Source: Eledone cirrhosa
Taxonomy: Eukaryota
Length of the DNA stretch: 64,000 bases
NCBI GenBank assembly: GCA_964016885.1
Contig: OZ024759.1
Location: 2,790,001-2,854,000, forward strand
Direction: 5' to 3'
Part shown: one piece after another, positions 40,412 through 51,487 of the stretch
How positions within the stretch are numbered: the stretch's first letter is position 1
Layout: each line of letters opens with the position of its first letter
Position numbers and translations under genes: made by a program
The notes under the pieces: generated by a model
What the model was told of the DNA's origin: nothing
The model's input: only the letters and a program-made list of their open reading frames with translations
Database searches by the model: none

Positions 40412-40598
40412 GGGCGGTGGATTGGCAGTATTGGTAGAGGATCGAATGCCATGCTTTGACACATAGAGTTACGGCCCTTGCCATTCTGAGTTAAAATCCC
40501 GCTGAGGTTAACTTTGCCTTTCATCCTTACGGGGTCGATAAAATAAAGTACCAGTAATGTACTGGGTAATTGCTGGCCTTGTGCCAAAAGTAGAAACA
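40412..40598 (+). mobile_element. Full-length SINE with a 19-bp target-site duplication
   Basis: ATTATTAATATTCGAAAAA at 40393-40411 and 40599-40617 flanks a complete copy. Confidence 0.9.
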
Positions 40599-40617
40599 AT
40601 TATTAATATTCGAAAAA

Positions 40618-40849
40618 CTCAGATTTAGCCATGTAGTGATAAAACTATTTGTGATGACCGCTGGGTAAAGAAGTGCCAAGAAATACCAGTTGAAGGAAGA
40701 AGCATTGACAGAGGTGGTAAGAGCAGACCTCAGATTACTGAAACTCACCGAGGAGATGACGAAGGACTGTGGCGAATGGAGATATGCTGTGTAGAAAAGG
40801 ACCCATCCCACCCTTGAAGCAAGGAAAACCAGACGTAAAATAATGATGA

Positions 40850-40852
<3 letters not shown>
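40618..40852 (+). mobile_element. Short RTE 3' terminal fragment (short-UTR subfamily)
   Basis: ..EVVRADLRLLKLTEEMTKDCGEWRYAV, then ACCCATCCCACCCTTG..TGATGA, as at 51488-51640. Confidence 0.7.
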
Positions 40853-40888
<36 letters not shown>

Positions 40889-40892
<4 letters not shown>

Positions 40893-43800
40893 TGCTGTGC
40901 AGTACCAGGTTCCAAAACTATGGTTCTACTGTGAGACGGGTCCGGTGTGGCCAACTGGCCTGTCTCTCCTCATAACAGAGCCATCCAGTTCCACACTGTA
41001 AATGTGGTTGGTGTTAGGAAGGGCATCTGGCTGTAAAATCCTCGGCAAAATTTATAGTCCTTGTTGGAGCAATGTACAGCATGGACAACTCTGGCTAGAC
41101 TTGCCTCCTCTCAGTGTGGACAACTCTGGCTAGACTTGCCTCCTCTCAGCATGGACAACTCTGGCTAGACTTGCCCTCCTCCCAGTGTGGACAACTCTGG
41201 CTAGACTTGCCTCCTCTCAGTGTGGACAACTCTGGCTAGACTTGTCTCCTCCCAGTGTGGACAACTCTGGCTAGACTTGCCTCCTCTCAGTGTGGACAAC
41301 TCTGGCTAGACTTGCCTCCTCCCAGTGTGGACAACTCTGGCTAGACTTGCCCTGCTCTCAGTGTGGACAACTCTGGCTAGACTTGCCTCCTCCCAGTGTG
41401 GACAACTCTGGCTAGACTTGCCTCCTCTCAGTGTGGACAACTCTGGCTAGACTTGCCTCCTCTCAGTGTGGACAACTCTGGCTAGACTTGCCTCCTCTCA
41501 GTGTGGACAACTCTGGCTAGACTTGCCTCCTCCCAGTGTGGACAACTCTGGCTAGACTTGCCTCCTCCCAGTGTGGACAACTCTGGCTAGACTTGCCTCC
41601 TCTCAGTGTGGACAACTCTGGCTAGACTTGCCTCCTCCCAGTGTGGACAACTCTGGCTAGACTTGCCTCCTCCCAGTGTGGACAACTCTGGCTAGACTTG
41701 CCCTCCTCCCAGTGTGGACAACTCTGGCTAGACTTGCCTCCTCCCAGTGTGGACAACTCTGGCTAGACTTGCCTCCTCCCAGTGTGGACAACTCTGGCTA
41801 GACTTGCCTCCTCTCAGTGTGGACAACTCTGGCTAGACTTGCCTCCTCCCAGTGTGGACAACTCTGGCTAGACTTGCCTCCTCCCAGTGTGGACAACTCT
41901 GGCTAGACTTGCCTCCTCTCAGTGTGGACAACTCTGGCTAGACTTGCCTCCTCCCAGTGTGGACAACTCTGGCTAGACTTGCCTCCTCCCAGTGTGGACA
42001 ACTCTGGCTAGACTTGCCTCCTCTCAGTGTGGACAACTCTGGCTAGACTTGCCTCCTCCCAGTGTGGACAACTCTGGCTAGACTTGCCTCCTCTCAGTGT
42101 GGACAACTCTGGCTAGACTTGCCCTCCTTCCAGTGTGGACAACTCTGGCTAGACTTGTCTCCTCCCAGTGTGGACAACTCTGGCTAGACTTGCCTCCTCT
42201 CAGTGTGGACAACTCTGGCTAGACTTGCCTCCTCCCAGTGTGGACAACTCTGGCTAGACTTGCCTCCTCCCAGTGTGGACAACTCTGGCTAGACTTGCCT
42301 CCTCCCAGTGTGGACAACTCTGGCTAGACTTGCCTCCTCCCAGTGTGGGCAACTCTGGCTAGACTTGCCTCCTCCCAGTGTGGACAACTCTGGCTAGACT
42401 TGCCTCCTCTCAGTGTGGACAACTCTGGCTAGACTTGCCTCCTCCCAGTGTGGACAACTCTGGCTAGACTTGCCTCCTCTCAGTGTGGACAACTCTGGCT
42501 AGACTTGCCTCCTCCCAGTGTGGACAACTCTGGCTAGACTTGCCTCCTCCCAGTGTGGACAACTCTGGCTAGACTTGCCTCCTCTCAGTGTGGACAACTC
42601 TGGCTAGACTTGCCTCCTCCCAGTGTGGACAACTCTGGCTAGACTTGCCTCCTCCCAGTGTGGACAACTCTGGCTAGACTTGCCCTCCTCCCAGTGTGGA
42701 CAACTCTGGCTAGACTTGCCTCCTCTCAGTGTGGACAGCTCTGGCTAGACTTGCCTCCTCTCAGTGTGGACAACTCTGGCTAGACTTGCCTCCTCTCAGT
42801 GTGGACAACTCTGGCTAGACTTGCCTCCTCTGAGTGTGGACAACTCTGGCTAGACTTGCCTCCTCCCAGTGTGGACAACTCTGGCTAGACTTGCCCTCCT
42901 CCCAGTGTGGACAACTCTGGCTAGACTTGCCTCCTCTCAGTGTGGACAACTCTGGCTAGACTTGCCTCCTCTCAGTGTGGACAACTCTGGCTAGACTTGC
43001 CTCCTCTCAGTGTGGACAACTCTGGCTAGACTTGTCTCCTCCCAGTGTGGACAACTCTGGCTAGACTTGCCTCCTCTCAGTGTGGACAACTCTGGCTAGA
43101 CTTGCCTCCTCCCAGTGTGGACAACTCTGGCTAGACTTGCCTCCTCTCAGTGTGGACAACTCTGGCTAGACTTGCCTCCTCCCAGTGTGGACAACTCTGG
43201 CTAGACTTGCCTCCTCTCAGTGTGGACAACTCTGGCTAGACTTGCCTCCTCCCAGTGTGGACAACTCTGGCTAGACTTGCCTCCTCCCAGTGTGGACAAC
43301 TCTGGCTAGACTTGCCTCCTCCCAGTGTGGACAACTCTGGCTAGACTTGCCTCCTCCCAGTGTGGACAACTCTGGCTAGACTTGCCTCCTCTCAGTGTGG
43401 ACAACTCTGGCTTGACTTGCCTCCTTCCAGTGTGGACAACTCTGGCTAGACTTGCCTCCTCTCAGTGTGGACAACTCTGGCTAGACTTGCCTCCTCCCAG
43501 TGTGGACAACTCTGGCTAGACTTGCCTCCTCTCAGTGTGGACAACTCTGGCTAGACTTGCCCTCCTCCCAGTGTGGACAACTCTGGCTAGACTTGCCTCC
43601 TTCCAGTGTGGACAACTCTGGCTAGACTTGCCTCCTTCCAGTGTGGACAACTCTGGCTAGACTTGCCTCCTCTCAGTGTGGACAACTCTGGCTAGACTTG
43701 CCTCCTCCCAGTGTGGACAACTCTGGCTAGACTTGCCTCCTCTCAGTGTGGACAACTCTGGCTAGACTTGCCCTCCTCCCAGTGTGGACAACTCTGGCTA

Positions 43801-45787
43801 GACTTGCCTCCTTCCAGTGTGGACAACTCTGGCTAGACTTGCCTCCTCTCAGTGTGGACAACTCTGGCTAGACTTGCCTCCTCTCAGTGTGGACAACTCT
43901 GGCTAGACTTGTCTCCTCCCAGTGTGGACAACTCTGGCTAGACTTGCCTCCTCTCAGTGTGGACAACTCTGGCTAGACTTGCCTCCTCTCAGTGTGGACA
44001 ACTCTGGCTAGACTTGCCTCCTGACGTGGATGACTCTGGCTAGACTTGCCTCCTAGCCTGGACAACTCTGGCTAGACTTGCCTCCTTCCAGTGTGGACAA
44101 CTCTGGCTAGACTTGCCCTCCTCTCAGTGTGGACAACTCTGGCTAGACTTGCCTCCTCTCAGTGTGGACAACTCTGGCTAGACTTGCCTCCTCTCAGTGT
44201 GGACAACTCTGGCTAGACTTGCCTCCTGACGTGGATGACTCTGGCTAGACTTGCCTCCTAGCCTGGACAACTCTGGCTAGACTTGCCTCCTCCCAGTGTG
44301 GACAACTCTGGCTAGACTTGCCTCCTCCCAGTGTGGACAACTCTGGCTAGACTTGCCTCCTCCCAGTGTGGACAACTCTGGCTAGACTTGCCTCCTTCCA
44401 GTGTGGACAACTCTGGCTAGACTTGCCTCCTCTCAGTGTGGACAACTCTGGCTAGACTTGCCTCCTCTCAGTGTGGACAACTCTGGCTAGACTTGCCTCC
44501 TCTCAGTGTGGACAACTCTGGCTAGACTTGCCTCCTCTCAGTGTGGACAACTCTGGCTAGACTTGCCTCCTTCCAGTGTGGACAACTCTGGCTAGACTTG
44601 CCTCCTTCCAGTGTGGACAACTCTGGCTAGACTTGCCTCCTTCCAGTGTGGACAACTCTGGCTAGACTTGCCTCCTCTCAGTGTGGACAACTCTGGCTAG
44701 ACTTGCCTCCTCTCAGTGTGGACAACTCTGGCTAGACTTGCCTCCTCTCAGTGTGGACAACTCTGGCTAGACTTGCCTCCTCTCAGTGTGGACAACTCTG
44801 GCTAGACTTGCCTCCTTCCAGTGTGGACAACTCTGGCTAGACTTGCCTCCTTCCAGTGTGGACAACTCTGGCTAGACTTGCCTCCTCTCAGTGTGGACAA
44901 CTCTGGCTAGACTTGCCTCCTCTCAGTGTGGACAACTCTGGCTAGACTTGCCTCCTCTCAGTGTGGACAACTCTGGCTAGACTTGCCTCCTCTCAGTGTG
45001 GACAACTCTGGCTAGACTTGCCTCCTCCCAGTGTGGACAACTCTGGCTAGACTTGCCTCCTTCCAGTGTGGACAACTCTGGCTAGACTTGCCTCCTCTCA
45101 GTGTGGACAACTCTGGCTAGACTTGCCTCCTCTCAGTGTGGACAACTCTGGCTAGACTTGCCTCCTCTCAGTGTGGACAACTCTGGCTAGACTTGCCTCC
45201 TCTCAGTGTGGACAACTCTGGCTAGACTTGCCTCCTTCCAGTGTGGACAACTCTGGCTAGACTTGCCTCCTCTCAGTGTGGACAACTCTGGCTAGACTTG
45301 CCTCCTCTCAGTGTGGACAACTCTGGCTAGACTTGCCTCCTTCCAGTGTGGACAACTCTGGCTAGACTTGCCTCCTTCCAGTGTGGACAACTCTGGCTAG
45401 ACTTGCCTCCTCCCAGTGTGGACAACTCTGGCTAGACTTGCCTCCTTCCAGTGTGGACAACTCTGGCTAGACTTGCCTCCTCCCAGTGTGGACAACTCTG
45501 GCTAGACTTGCCTCCTCTCAGTGTGGACAACTCTGGCTAGACTTGCCTCCTCTCAGTGTGGACAACTCTGGCTAGACTTGCCTCCTCTCAGTGTGGACAA
45601 CTCTGGCTAGACTTGCCTCCTCTCAGTGTGGACAACTCTGGCTAGACTTGCCTCCTTCCAGTGTGGACAACTCTGGCTAGACTTGCCTCCTCTCAGTGTG
45701 GACAACTCTGGCTAGACTTGCCTCCTGGCATGGACGACCCATCTAACCCATGCAAGCATGGAAAAATGCATGCTAAATGATGATGAT
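40889..45787 (+). mobile_element. RTE-related non-autonomous element (bipartite SINE-like) split by the 35-bp array
   Basis: The left part has GTGGTTGGTGTTAGGAAGGGCATC. The right part has the RTE tail CCATCTAACCCATGCAAGCATGGAAAA..TGATGATGAT. Confidence 0.7.
41079..45735. repeat. 35-bp minisatellite AGTGTGGACAACTCTGGCTAGACTTGCCTCCT(CT/CC/TC)C, about 133 highly homogeneous copies
   Basis: Direct 35-nt periodicity. Variation is almost confined to the TCTC/TCCC/TTCC positions. Confidence 0.99.
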
Positions 45788-46297
45788 ATATGAAAAGCAT
45801 TGTTGTTCCTGATCAAGATGAAGTGTGTCTGTGTGTGAGAGTGTGATCTAAGTAGAAAAATGGCTTTGAAGTTTCAGCATGGTCCTTTTCTAGTCTCTTC
45901 TGAGAAATCCTCCACCAATTTCATTAAACTCCTTGAGGCCATCTTGTTTCATTGACTAGCTTGACAAGCTCAGTCAGGTTTAGAATTTCTACATATTTCA
46001 ACCATGGATTCCGAAATCTTCTGGTTGGTTTAGCAAACAATAATTTCTTTGTGTATAATGTATTTTCTTTTCAACATACATGTTTGATATATTTGAGGTG
46101 TTGTGTATAGATGAAGTTTGATAAGTGTGTGTGTGGGTGTGTGTGTATGTGTGTGTGTGTGTGGGGGGGGGGGGGGGCTTGACAATATTTTGAATCTCTG
46201 TTCTATACAAAACTGTATTCTCCTTTATCCCAATTCACTCTTCTCAAACCCCCTTTAACCATGCTTCTTTGAAACTGAAGCACTACCATATCGTGTA

Positions 46298-46381
46298 CAG
46301 GGTGTCCCAAAAATGTATACACACAGGCAATATTTATTAGAATGCTGTTGAAGTGTGTATACATTTTTGGGGGACACCCTG
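46298..46381. mobile_element. 84-bp Tc1/mariner-type MITE
   Basis: TIRs CAGGGTGTCCCAAAAATGTATACACAC and GTGTGTATACATTTTTGGGGGACACCCTG. TA on the left flank; the right flank reads TC. Confidence 0.8.
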
Positions 46382-46544
46382 TCTTTCACTCTTTAGTCTC
46401 ATCAATCCCCTCACCTATCCCACATACCCAAACATTTCTTCTCATAAAACCAATCAAAATGAAGTAACATTGACCACCATTAATGACTGACAACTGATAT
46501 CTACTTTCTCAAAGATGTAGCAAATCATTCTATCATTACCATAA

Positions 46545-46637
46545 CAGAAGTCTGATGAGCTTGTGATTCCAGAGTCAGGCCCGATTCATACAGATCCAGC
46601 CTTGAGCTGATCAATCGTGAAATGCGCGTCACATCTG
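46545..46637 (+). ncRNA. Type I hammerhead ribozyme motif with a long stem II, on the sense strand of the SPAG17-like intron; predicted cleavage after 46630
   Basis: CAGAAGT-CTGATGA-(60-nt imperfect hairpin)-GAAA-TGCGC-GTC-ACATCTG. Stem I pairs at 6 of 7 positions and loop III is near-palindromic. Followed by (TG)n. Confidence 0.72.
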
Positions 46638-46641
46638 AATA

Positions 46642-46687
<46 letters not shown>

Positions 46688-46744
46688 GTGTATATATACA
46701 GATAAACTTGGTTCTAAATCTTTCCCTTCTCTCTTCCATTCTAG

Positions 46745-47534
46745 ATGACAATATCACAATGGCTATGTTTGCTATGGTGGAGTGTCCTAGTTACGCCACA
46801 ATGAAATTCAATATCAAAACCCAGGAGAACCACACAACAATTGCCAACGGATCGGTCCTCAACGTCTTACCTAGTGGAATTTTCTTCATGTCAATAGGAG
46901 AGTCAGCAGGAGAGATCCTGAAACTGAGCCAAGATGGCACCCTTTGTTATACAAACATCAATGACCAGAAGCAAAGTAACTTCTTTGATCCGATCGAGAC
47001 TACCTATTTCTTCAAACATAACTCCTACACAATCTGTGAGACTACAGACATCAACAACAATAATTTCTACGTGAACTTCTTGGGGGAGAAAGAAATTGTT
47101 CAGGAGAACGTCTCCCCTCAAGACGCAGACACCCCTCCTCCAAATGACAGATTCAAAAGTGGGGCTCAGCACAGTCCAAAATTTTTCATTCTTCACAATG
47201 ATGGCTGCGTTGATGAAATATTCAAGAAAGAATTGGTTGAGTATTTTATCGAAGAAGCTGAACAGCAGCCGAATTCTGTGGTTTTAAGAGATGATTACCA
47301 GGACAATTCAGGAATGACAGGGATTACACTTCTGAAGCCAATCCTCAAGAGTGCTTCCGATAATTGGTTCCTCGACTATGAAACCAATAGCATCATTCCA
47401 CCAGGTTTCCTGGAGCCCGGTGAAATTTTACGCAATTATAATGCAAGCACAAAACAGCTAACGAAGTGTCCAAGCATACTGGAAACAAGACAGTTTACAC
47501 AGTATCCACATATGGACAAAATTATGCATAACAA
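46745..47534 (+). CDS. SPAG17: 790-bp internal coding exon of the SPAG17/PF6-like gene
   Basis: Pyrimidine tract plus ctAG ends at 46744; donor aa|GTAAGA at 47535. The phase-1 start joins exon 30016-30160 in frame (T+AT = Tyr). Motifs VECPSYAT, ICETTD..NNFYV, HSPKFFILHNDG, VVLRD, ITLLKP, IIPP and CPSILETRQF resemble the SPAG17 C-terminal region as I recall it. Confidence 0.87.
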
Positions 47535-47589
47535 GTAAGACTGCCTCTTTAAATGTAAACAATGATATATGCATTCACATACATTATAT

Positions 47590-50052
47590 CATCATCTTTA
47601 TCATTGATTAACGTCCATGTTCCACACTAGCATGGGTTAGACGGGTCCTATTTTAAGGCAAGTTGTGTCGGGTGACCATGTCTCGCTCAAATAGGGGTGT
47701 TTCTGGCTGGTTTTCTACAGCTGGAGCCTTTTCCTAATGCCAACCACATTTACAGTGTGGGCTGGGTGCTTTTGTCGTGTCTTTTACATGTCCACTTTAC
47801 AGTGTGAGCTGCAGGGTGTACACATGCTTCAGTTTGTGCTCGTGGGAAGTCAGGTCTTCTGTATTACTGCATATCACCAGAGATCCCTGTCATGTGTCAT
47901 CTCCTCTGAGAGGGGCAATTGGGCAAGGTCGGCTTTTATCACCTCATCCCAGGTCTTCCTGGGTCTCCCCACTCCAAGGCTTCCATCAACTTTTAGTGCT
48001 CTGCACCTTTTTATGCAGCTGTCATCCTTCATACACAACACATGTCCATACCAACGCAACCTCCTTTCCTACAGACAGCATTTGATTCCTCTTACGCCTA
48101 GTTTCTCTCTCAATTCATTTATGCTTCGCCATTTTCGCATATTACTATTACACATCCATCAGAACATGCAGGCTTCATTTCTTTCTAATCTACGTAAGTC
48201 TTCTACCTTCAGCGCCCAGGTCTCACTACCATGCAACATTGCTGTTCATATGCACGCATCATACAGTCTGCCTTTCATTTTGAGGGAAAAGCATTTTGCA
48301 ACTAGCAGTGGCAGTAACTCCCTGAACTTCTTCCATCCCGTTTTTACCCTAGTTATTGTACTTTCTGAACACCCACCTCTGCTGCTAATTCGGTCACCTA
48401 AGTAGCAGAAGCTATCTACTGTTTCTACAGAGCCCTCTGAGAATTTGGTAGCGCTTGTTTCCTGTGGCCGTTTGCTGCTTACTGTTCCAGTGCAGCTGCT
48501 ACACGTAAAGCCTACATTCTTAACTAAGCTTTCTGAGATTCCACTACATCTCTTGTGTATCCACATTTTACATATGGGGCAGAGGATGGAATTTCTACCT
48601 ACACCTTTGCTACATACTGGACAAGGTCATTTCCCTGAGGGGATCTGGGTTCTGTTTTCTCGTCTACTACGAGTACTTAGTCTTTGTCAGATTGACTTTA
48701 AGACCCCTTCTTTCTAGGCCATGCTTCTATGTTTGGAATTTCTTCTCTATTTCTACCATAGATTCAGCTATGTGTGTAAGATCATCTGCATATAGAAGTT
48801 TCCATGGGCAGTCGGTCTTAAATTCCTTTGTTATAGCCTGCAAAACGATAATAAACAGAAGCGGGCTAAGGACAGAGCCCTGGTGGATGCCAACTTGTAT
48901 GCTAAATTCCTCACTATAGTCATTATTAATCCTAACTTTGCTGACTGCTCCCCTATGCATGGTTTGTACAGTTTTCACAAGCCATTCATCCACTCATAGT
49001 TTTCTAAGAGCCCACCAAATTATATCATGGGGCACTCTGTCAAAAGCTTTCTCCAGATCAACAAATGCCAGGTTGAACAGCTTACTTTTAGCTAAGTACT
49101 TTTCCTGTAACTGTCTCACAAGGAAGAGGTCATCAGTGGTGCTTTTGCCTGGCACAAATCAGAACTGTATCTCATCTAAATTTATCCAGTCCCTAATCAA
49201 CTGTGCTATAACTCTTTCTGTTACTTTCATGACCTGGTCCATCAGCTTTATACCTCTATAGTTTCCTCTATCTAGTACATTCCCTTTACCTTTGTAGCAA
49301 TTGACAATGATGCTGCTGCACCAATCATTTGGTATGACACCTTCTAGTATTACCTGGTTTAACAATACGTGTGGTTATAGTGTGACCTACTGACCCAGAT
49401 GCCTTCAGCATCTCGGCAGCTATACCCAATGGACCGGTTGCCTTTCCTAGTCTTCATATCCTTAATTGCCTTACTAACTACACTGCTACTGACTTGTACT
49501 GCTGGGCCTTCAATAGAGTCTGCTTGGGGTAGGGTCTCTTTCTCCCATACATTCTCCTCATTCAGTACTCTTTCATAATGGCTCTTCCACGCTTTTTTCT
49601 TCTCAGCATCTGTGAGGGCAAGCTCACCTTTATCATTCTGGAGACACTTCTCTCCAATGACATTACAATTCTCTCTGACACACTGCCTCGCAATCCTGAA
49701 CACCTCCTGTTTCTGGTCCTCATGCTGCAAAACATGATTGAATTTTTTATCCTCCACTTCCCTTCTAGTTAAGTATACTTGTAGCCTAGCTTCCCTCCTG
49801 GTCCCTATTCTTCCATTCTTTCCATGCCTGTCTCTTAGCTTTAACTGCCTCATCTAACTTATTGTTCCACCACCAAGTCACTCCCCCCCCCTGTACTCTT
49901 ACTCCAACCACAGATCTCGTAGTCGCCTTTAGTAAGTTATTTTTTAGGAATTCCCAGTGCTCTTCTACATTGGATATCTCTATCTGTTCGTCTCTACTGT
50001 CATAGGTGTCGAGTAAAATGTCTCTGAATTTGTTACCGGCTAAGGGAACTTT
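47590..50052 (-). mobile_element. RTE LINE, 5'-truncated, with several frameshifts and stops
   Basis: Fragmented ORFs collinear with 31269-33179, including YADD and the PHD finger; long 3' UTR and GAT tail. Confidence 0.92.
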
Positions 50053-50081
50053 CATTATATATATTATATATATATATATAT

Positions 50082-50513
50082 AAAAGAAATAGGATTTCAC
50101 TTCAAGCATAGCTTTATACAATATGTATAAATATTGCGTATCTCCAAAGAAATACGGTTTTAGGAAGCCGTAGCTATGCAAACACTGGGGGGGGGGGGGC
50201 TAATGCACTCTGGTGATGTCCAGCAGAAGCAATGGGGACAACCGTCTATGCATTTCAGGCTTAACTGGCCTTCGTCAGGACGGTCCCTCCCACCGCTTAC
50301 GACTGCTGGCCAAGAAGACAGGGGAGAATATATACTTTTCTCGTCTGTGTAAATGAGGTGATTAATCTCATTTGCATATGAAGCTGCATAAGTTGGCTCA
50401 ACTTATAATAGAAAAGAAATAGGATTTCGCTTCAAGCATAGCTTTATACAATATGTATAAATATTTTGTATCTCCAAAGAAATACGATTTTAGGAAGCCG
50501 TAGCTATGCAAAC

Positions 50514-50514
<1 letters not shown>
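50082..50514 (-). mobile_element. Non-coding hammerhead-bearing retroelement (non-LTR retrozyme or pseudo-LTR-like): 330-nt monomer plus 103-nt terminal redundancy, inserted in (TA)n
   Basis: Direct repeats at 50082-50184 and 50412-50514 (4 mismatches, offset 330). TA tracts on both sides. Internal hammerhead. Confidence 0.82.
50241..50284 (-). ncRNA. Minimal type I hammerhead ribozyme, predicted cleavage after AUA (between 50247 and 50246)
   Basis: Minus strand reads ACCGTC-CTGACGA-AGGC cagttaa GCCT-GAAA-TGCA-TA-GACGGT: perfect 6-bp stem I, 4-bp stem II, and palindromic ATGCAT in place of stem III. Confidence 0.9.
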
Positions 50515-50562
<48 letters not shown>

Positions 50563-50563
<1 letters not shown>

Positions 50564-50898
50564 CATCATCATCATCATCATTTTTACGTCCACTTTTCCC
50601 TGCTTGCAAGAGTGGGACGGGAACTGATTCTGGCTTAATTTCTACAGCTGGATGCCCTTCCTAACACCAACCTCATTTACAGTGAGTGCTGGGTGCTTTT
50701 TTGCCGTGGCACCTCCACAACCACTTTGCAGTGGAATGATATGGACCCCAGTCCCTATCATCTCATTTCTACAGCTGAGTAAACTGGAGCAATGTGAAAT
50801 AAAGTGTCTTGCTCAAGGAAACAACACATCACCCGGTTTGAACTCACAACCTTTCGATTGCAAGGCCAATGCTCTAACCACTAAGCCATGTGCCTCCA
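50563..50898 (-). mobile_element. tRNA-derived SINE with an RTE-type tail
   Basis: Minus strand has A box TGGCTTAGTGG, B box GAGTTCAAACC, body CCTTGAGCAAGACACTT, the AGGAAGGGCATCCAGC motif and a (GAT)n tail. Confidence 0.8.
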
Positions 50899-51487
50899 TA
50901 TATATATATATATATACACATAAATATTCCTACATGCATACATCACCATCATCATCACTGTTTAACACCCATTTTTCCATGCTAGCATGAGTAAGATGGG
51001 TTTTCTTGTGAGACAAGCCAGCTCAGATGGCTGTGTCTTACTCATACAGAATATATAGACATAATCACCAAAATAAAATGATGATATATATGTATACACA
51101 CACACATATATATTCAAAAGTATTTGAAGAAAATTAACCAACTTTCATTAAAAACTGTTTAATCACTTACAATTGTTTCAAGTGTCACGTGAAATGGATT
51201 TGTTTGTTTGTCAATCAGCAATTTCATAGGACTTTAAGGCTTCGGACTTGGTCATTGAATCCTTTAAAACCCGTAAAAAAGTTTATTTCAGATATTTTTA
51301 TTGTTAAATTAACCCTTTAGCATTTAAACTGGCTATATCCGGCCAGATTTCTCTCACCTCTTTCTGTCCAAACCGGCCATAACTGGCCCCTCATACTTAT
51401 GTTAAGGTATTGTTCTCAAAATCAATAATATCAAAATCTCATAGATTCGATATTATGTGAAATAATTATGTGAAATAAAGCCTTTAC

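Noticed and set aside
41079-45735. 35-bp array as a CRISPR array
   Set aside because: Units are head-to-tail with no unique spacers, there are no cas genes, and the context is eukaryotic. The same applies to the 48- and 72-bp arrays.
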